This document shows, in pieces, positions 60,376-64,000 of a stretch of 64,000 bases of DNA. Position numbers and translations under genes: made by a program. Within the stretch, counting starts at the first letter, position 1; each line of letters opens with the position of its first letter. Source of the stretch: Bacteroidota bacterium (lineage in GTDB: Bacteria; Bacteroidota; Bacteroidia; Flavobacteriales; Weeksellaceae); NCBI GenBank assembly GCA_023440705.1, contig JAEXRP010000077.1, positions 5,518-69,517 of the forward strand. Reading direction: 5' to 3'. The notes beneath the pieces were generated by a model. It was given only the letters and a program-made list of their open reading frames with translations. It ran no database searches and had not been told where the DNA came from.

Positions 60376-61521
60376 TTGAAAAAGAAAATCCTTATTCGTA
60401 TTGGTTCTTTAAGACATGGTGGTGCAGAGAAAGTTTTGGTGACTTTCCTCAAAAATTTGCCGTCAGACAAATACGAAGTGGACCTTTTACTTAACCTATA
60501 TTCAGGGAAATATCTTACCGAAGTTCCGAATTGGGTTAATGTGATGTACCTCAACAAAGGCGAAATGATTACGACCAATCGCCCGCAAGACATTCCTAAA
60601 AAAGCCTATCGTGTTGTCTATCAACGTTTATTGAAAAAATATCCAAAAATTCTTTATAAGCGAAAACTCAAAAACAAAAAGTACGACATCGAGTTCGCTG
60701 CAATCCATGGTTTTATGGACGAAGTGCTTAATAGTCCTTTGACATCCTCAAAAAAACTGATGTGGATCCATAATGATTTGACGCAAGTTGAAGGTTATAC
60801 CAAAGAAAAAATCAGACGATTTTTCAAATATGATAAAGTGATGGTTATTTCTGAAAAGATTAAAAAGACTTTTGAAGACCTTGCTATTTCCGAAACTGAA
60901 AAATCCAAAATTGTTAGAATTTTCAACCCTTTGGACACTGAAGAGATTTTAATAAAAGCGGGAAAATCTGTGGAAAATTATAAATTTAATGACAAACTTC
61001 CGACTTTCATTTCGGTGGGGACCGTTTTCCCACAAAAAGGATTTGACCGACTTCTTAAAGCTCATAAAAAATTAATAAATGAAGGATTAGATCACCGACT
61101 TCTAATTGTTGGTGATGGTTACGATTTTGAAAATATCAAAAAACTAAAAACCGAACTTGGCGTTGACAACACAGCGACAATGTTGGGTTTTACAGATAAT
61201 CCTTATCCTTATTTTAAGAAAGCAGATTTTTATATTTTAAGTTCTCGTTATGAAGGTTTCCCGACCGTTTTATTCGAAGCTATGACGCTTAACAAAAACA
61301 TTATTGCAACCGATGTTTCTGGCGTTCGTGAAATGTTAAATGACGGCGACTTGGGTTTAATAATAGAAAATTCTGAAGAAGGTATTTATGAAGGTATGAA
61401 GAAAGCTTTACTACATCCTCAAGCTTTTGAAAGTTATCAGACTAAACTTCAAGCTTACGAAATGCCATTTAACCTAAAAAACTCGGTGAAGGGTATTACT
61501 AATATTATCGATAAGCTGTAG
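60376..61521 (+). CDS. Glycosyltransferase family 4
   Basis: GGAEKV, QKGFDRL, NPYPYF, SRYEGFPTVLFEAM; TTG start. Confidence 0.92.
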   Translation: MKKKILIRIGSLRHGGAEKVLVTFLKNLPSDKYEVDLLLNLYSGKYLTEVPNWVNVMYLNKGEMITTNRPQDIPKKAYRVVYQRLLKKYPKILYKRKLKNKKYDIEFAAIHGFMDEVLNSPLTSSKKLMWIHNDLTQVEGYTKEKIRRFFKYDKVMVISEKIKKTFEDLAISETEKSKIVRIFNPLDTEEILIKAGKSVENYKFNDKLPTFISVGTVFPQKGFDRLLKAHKKLINEGLDHRLLIVGDGYDFENIKKLKTELGVDNTATMLGFTDNPYPYFKKADFYILSSRYEGFPTVLFEAMTLNKNIIATDVSGVREMLNDGDLGLIIENSEEGIYEGMKKALLHPQAFESYQTKLQAYEMPFNLKNSVKGITNIIDKL

Positions 61522-61557
61522 AAATTTAATTTTTTTATTATAAATTGTTGTCTCAAA

Positions 61558-62637
61558 ATGACAAGAATGCAATCCAGAGGAAGCTTTACTTTAGATGACA
61601 CTAATTACTTCAAAGGCATTGCCATTTTGTTAATTGTTCTTCACAATTATTTGCATTGGCAAGTCGGGTTTAGTATAGAAAACGAATCGGATTTTACCGC
61701 AAATAATGCGCAGATTTTTTTGGAGAATCTATATCCTGTGCAATGGCCTAATTTTTTTGTTTCAATTTTTTCGTTTCTAGGTCATTATGGTGTCCAACTC
61801 TTTATATTTTTTAGCGCCTATGGACTTAGTATTCAGTTTATTAAAAACGAAAATAGTAAATTCAATTATTTTAAATATTTAAAAACGCGACTCAAGAAAT
61901 TATACGTTTTATTGATCTTTGGCTTTATTGTTTATCACATCTTTTTCTACATTGGTTTCGGAGAAGCTTATTCATTGAAAAAAACAGCCGTCAAAAGTAT
62001 TTTGCTGAGTTCTTCAATTTCCAATTTTTACAAGCCATGGACATATAATATGTTGAGTGGTCCATTTTGGTTTTTTGGATTAATGGTTCAACTATATGTT
62101 GCTTTTCCTTTTTTATTTAAAATTTTAAAAAAATACAAGCTAGCATTAATTCTTGCAATAACTTATGTATTGATAACTGTTCTATACTATACAGTCGACA
62201 AACAAACGAATTTTAATATTCTCCCAACCGTAATTGGTCACTTACCAGAAGTGTTCTTAGGAGTATATTTTGCTCAAAATAAATTAAAAAAACCGGCAAC
62301 AGTAGTATTTATTTCAAGTTTGGTTGTGTTTTCGCTTTCACAAGTTTACGAGTTTTTGTTTCCGTTTAGCTTTCTAGCTTTTACACTTGTTCTGTTATAT
62401 ATATTTGAAAACTTATACACTGTTCTAGGTTCATCTTGGAAAAAAATCTTCGTTAGCATTGGCAAAATCTCAATGATCATTTTTGTAACCAACGGTATTT
62501 TTAGAATATTGCCACTTTTTGGTATAGAAAATATGGATATTAGGGCAGAAAGAATTTTTTTATACTTAATTTTGCTACTACCAACTTGTTACCTTTTATA
62601 CTTCATTTATAACAAGATTTTTGAAAAAATAAAATGA
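61558..62637 (+). CDS. Acyltransferase family 3 (membrane O-acyltransferase)
   Basis: FKGIAILLIVLHN, GHYGVQLFIFFSAYGL, GPFWFF; multi-TM. Confidence 0.88.
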   Translation: MTRMQSRGSFTLDDTNYFKGIAILLIVLHNYLHWQVGFSIENESDFTANNAQIFLENLYPVQWPNFFVSIFSFLGHYGVQLFIFFSAYGLSIQFIKNENSKFNYFKYLKTRLKKLYVLLIFGFIVYHIFFYIGFGEAYSLKKTAVKSILLSSSISNFYKPWTYNMLSGPFWFFGLMVQLYVAFPFLFKILKKYKLALILAITYVLITVLYYTVDKQTNFNILPTVIGHLPEVFLGVYFAQNKLKKPATVVFISSLVVFSLSQVYEFLFPFSFLAFTLVLLYIFENLYTVLGSSWKKIFVSIGKISMIIFVTNGIFRILPLFGIENMDIRAERIFLYLILLLPTCYLLYFIYNKIFEKIK

Positions 62638-63191
62638 GTTATACGACCATTCAAAAAGATTTTTACAGAGAAAGTGGACAATATTTGTCACATTTTCAGA
62701 TACTAAAAAAATGTTTTAGCCCAAATCTGCATTATATCTATTGGTTCCGAAATGCGCAAAAACATCCTAAATCTTCTTTAACAGGGAAAATCTACAGATT
62801 CATTCTTCGTCATTATCAAATTAAATATGGTTTCCAAATCTATGCGGAGACTCAAATAGGAGACGGATTGTATCTTGGGCATTGGGGACAACTGGTGATC
62901 AATCCAAAAACTGTGATTGGCCGTAATTGCAACATTGCACAAGGTGTAACTATTGCACAAGCCAATCGTGGAAGGCGCGAAGGCGTACCTGTAATTGGCG
63001 ATGAAGTCTGGATTGGTCCCAACGCTGTTATTGTTGGTGGCATTACAATTGGGAATAATGTTCTTATCGCACCAAACGCTTATGTAAGTACGGACGTGCC
63101 AGAAAACTCTGTAGTCATCGGCAATCCAGCGCAGATTACACCCAATAATATGGCCACAGAAGGCTATATTAATAATAAAGTAAAATATTAA
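62634..63191 (+). CDS. Serine-acetyltransferase-like LbH acetyltransferase (WcaB-like)
   Basis: IGDGLYLGH, IGRNCNIAQGVTI, PVIGDEVWIG, GNPA; lacks the long CysE N-terminal domain. Confidence 0.85.
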   Translation: MSYTTIQKDFYRESGQYLSHFQILKKCFSPNLHYIYWFRNAQKHPKSSLTGKIYRFILRHYQIKYGFQIYAETQIGDGLYLGHWGQLVINPKTVIGRNCNIAQGVTIAQANRGRREGVPVIGDEVWIGPNAVIVGGITIGNNVLIAPNAYVSTDVPENSVVIGNPAQITPNNMATEGYINNKVKY

Positions 63192-63229
63192 ACTTTGTTA
63201 ATATTTTTAATTTTTTAGTCAAAATAAAT

Positions 63230-63237
63230 TACTTTTG
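63230..63237 (+). promoter_or_regulatory. -7 box (TACTTTTG) upstream of carbonic anhydrase
   Basis: TAnnTTTG consensus. Confidence 0.5.
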
Positions 63238-63312
63238 CATCATTATTGATTCAATCTATCAAAACACCGTATTTAATAGTTAAAGTAATTTTAACCTTAA
63301 ATATATATTTTT

Positions 63313-63981
63313 ATGCAAGATTCGTACAACAAAGTTTTTGAAAACAACCGTCAATGGGTAGAAGAAATGAAATCTACCAACGCAGACTTTTTTAAAAACT
63401 TAGCAGAAGGTCAAAACCCAGAATTCTTATACATCGGATGTTCCGACAGTAGAGTTCCGGCAGAAGACTTGATGGGATTGAAACCTGGTGAAATTTTCGT
63501 TCACAGAAATATTGCTAACATGGTTAACAATATCGACATGAATGTTAATTCGGTTATTGAGTATGCGGTTAGCCACCTAAAAGTAAAACACATCGTTGTA
63601 TGTGGGCATTACGGATGCGGCGGTATTAACGCAGCAATGCAATCTACAGACCTTGGTCTACTTAACCCATGGTTAAGAAGTATTCGCGATGTTTATCGTA
63701 TGCACCAAGAGGAGTTAGACGCAATCACAGACCAACACCAAAAGTTCGACAGATTGGTAGAACTTAACGTACAAGAGCAATGTATCAACGTAGTAAAAGC
63801 TGCAGCAGTACAGAAAGGCTTTGTCCAAAATGGTTATCCCGTTGTGCACGGATGGGTTTTCGATTTGAAAACCGGAACATTAAAGGATTTGAATATTGAT
63901 TTTGAAGGCATTCTTCATCATATTCAGAAAATTTATGATTTGACAGAATCTACTTGGTCTGTTCCAAAAATGGAAAAATAA
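63313..63981 (+). CDS. can: Beta-class carbonic anhydrase
   Basis: GCSDSRVP, FVHRNIAN, GHYGCGG zinc ligands. Confidence 0.95.
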   Translation: MQDSYNKVFENNRQWVEEMKSTNADFFKNLAEGQNPEFLYIGCSDSRVPAEDLMGLKPGEIFVHRNIANMVNNIDMNVNSVIEYAVSHLKVKHIVVCGHYGCGGINAAMQSTDLGLLNPWLRSIRDVYRMHQEELDAITDQHQKFDRLVELNVQEQCINVVKAAAVQKGFVQNGYPVVHGWVFDLKTGTLKDLNIDFEGILHHIQKIYDLTESTWSVPKMEK

Positions 63982-64000
63982 CCTTGTAAAAACTGTTATT

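Noticed and set aside
62634..63191. cysE (cysteine biosynthesis)
   Set aside because: Short form lacking the CysE N-terminal domain and coupled by an ATGA overlap to a glycan acyltransferase; more likely a polysaccharide acetyltransferase

Overview
AT-rich Bacteroidota DNA, most consistent with Flavobacteriia of the Weeksellaceae/Chryseobacterium group. This is inferred from protein style, TAnnTTTG promoters, a T9SS cargo protein and SusC/D genes. Positions 1-14 kb are housekeeping: gltA (partial), eno, enoyl-CoA hydratase, dCMP deaminase, xerD, NUDIX, pckA, GHMP kinase, fabD, a multi-LysM protein, bshC and a putative porin. Positions 14-25 kb hold two tandem SusC/SusD pairs flanking a T9SS-secreted beta-propeller protein, with no recognisable CAZyme or regulator; the two SusC genes share an identically spaced promoter/leader. 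Positions 25-30 kb hold rimP-nusA-infB with an attenuator-like leader. Positions 30-63 kb are a ~33 kb ABC-transporter (Wzm/Wzt) surface-glycan locus. It contains a dTDP-3-amino-3,6-dideoxyhexose pathway, a UDP-HexNAcA module, about 13 glycosyltransferase-like genes (one frameshifted next to an A11 tract), six acyltransferases and a phosphoethanolamine transferase. A beta-carbonic anhydrase follows. I saw no rRNA, tRNA, CRISPR array, IS or prophage. I cannot claim a clearly new system. The best candidates are the CAZyme-free tandem SusCD/T9SS module and the unclassified GT41-like transferase in the glycan locus. All calls come from reading motifs by eye; no searches were run.
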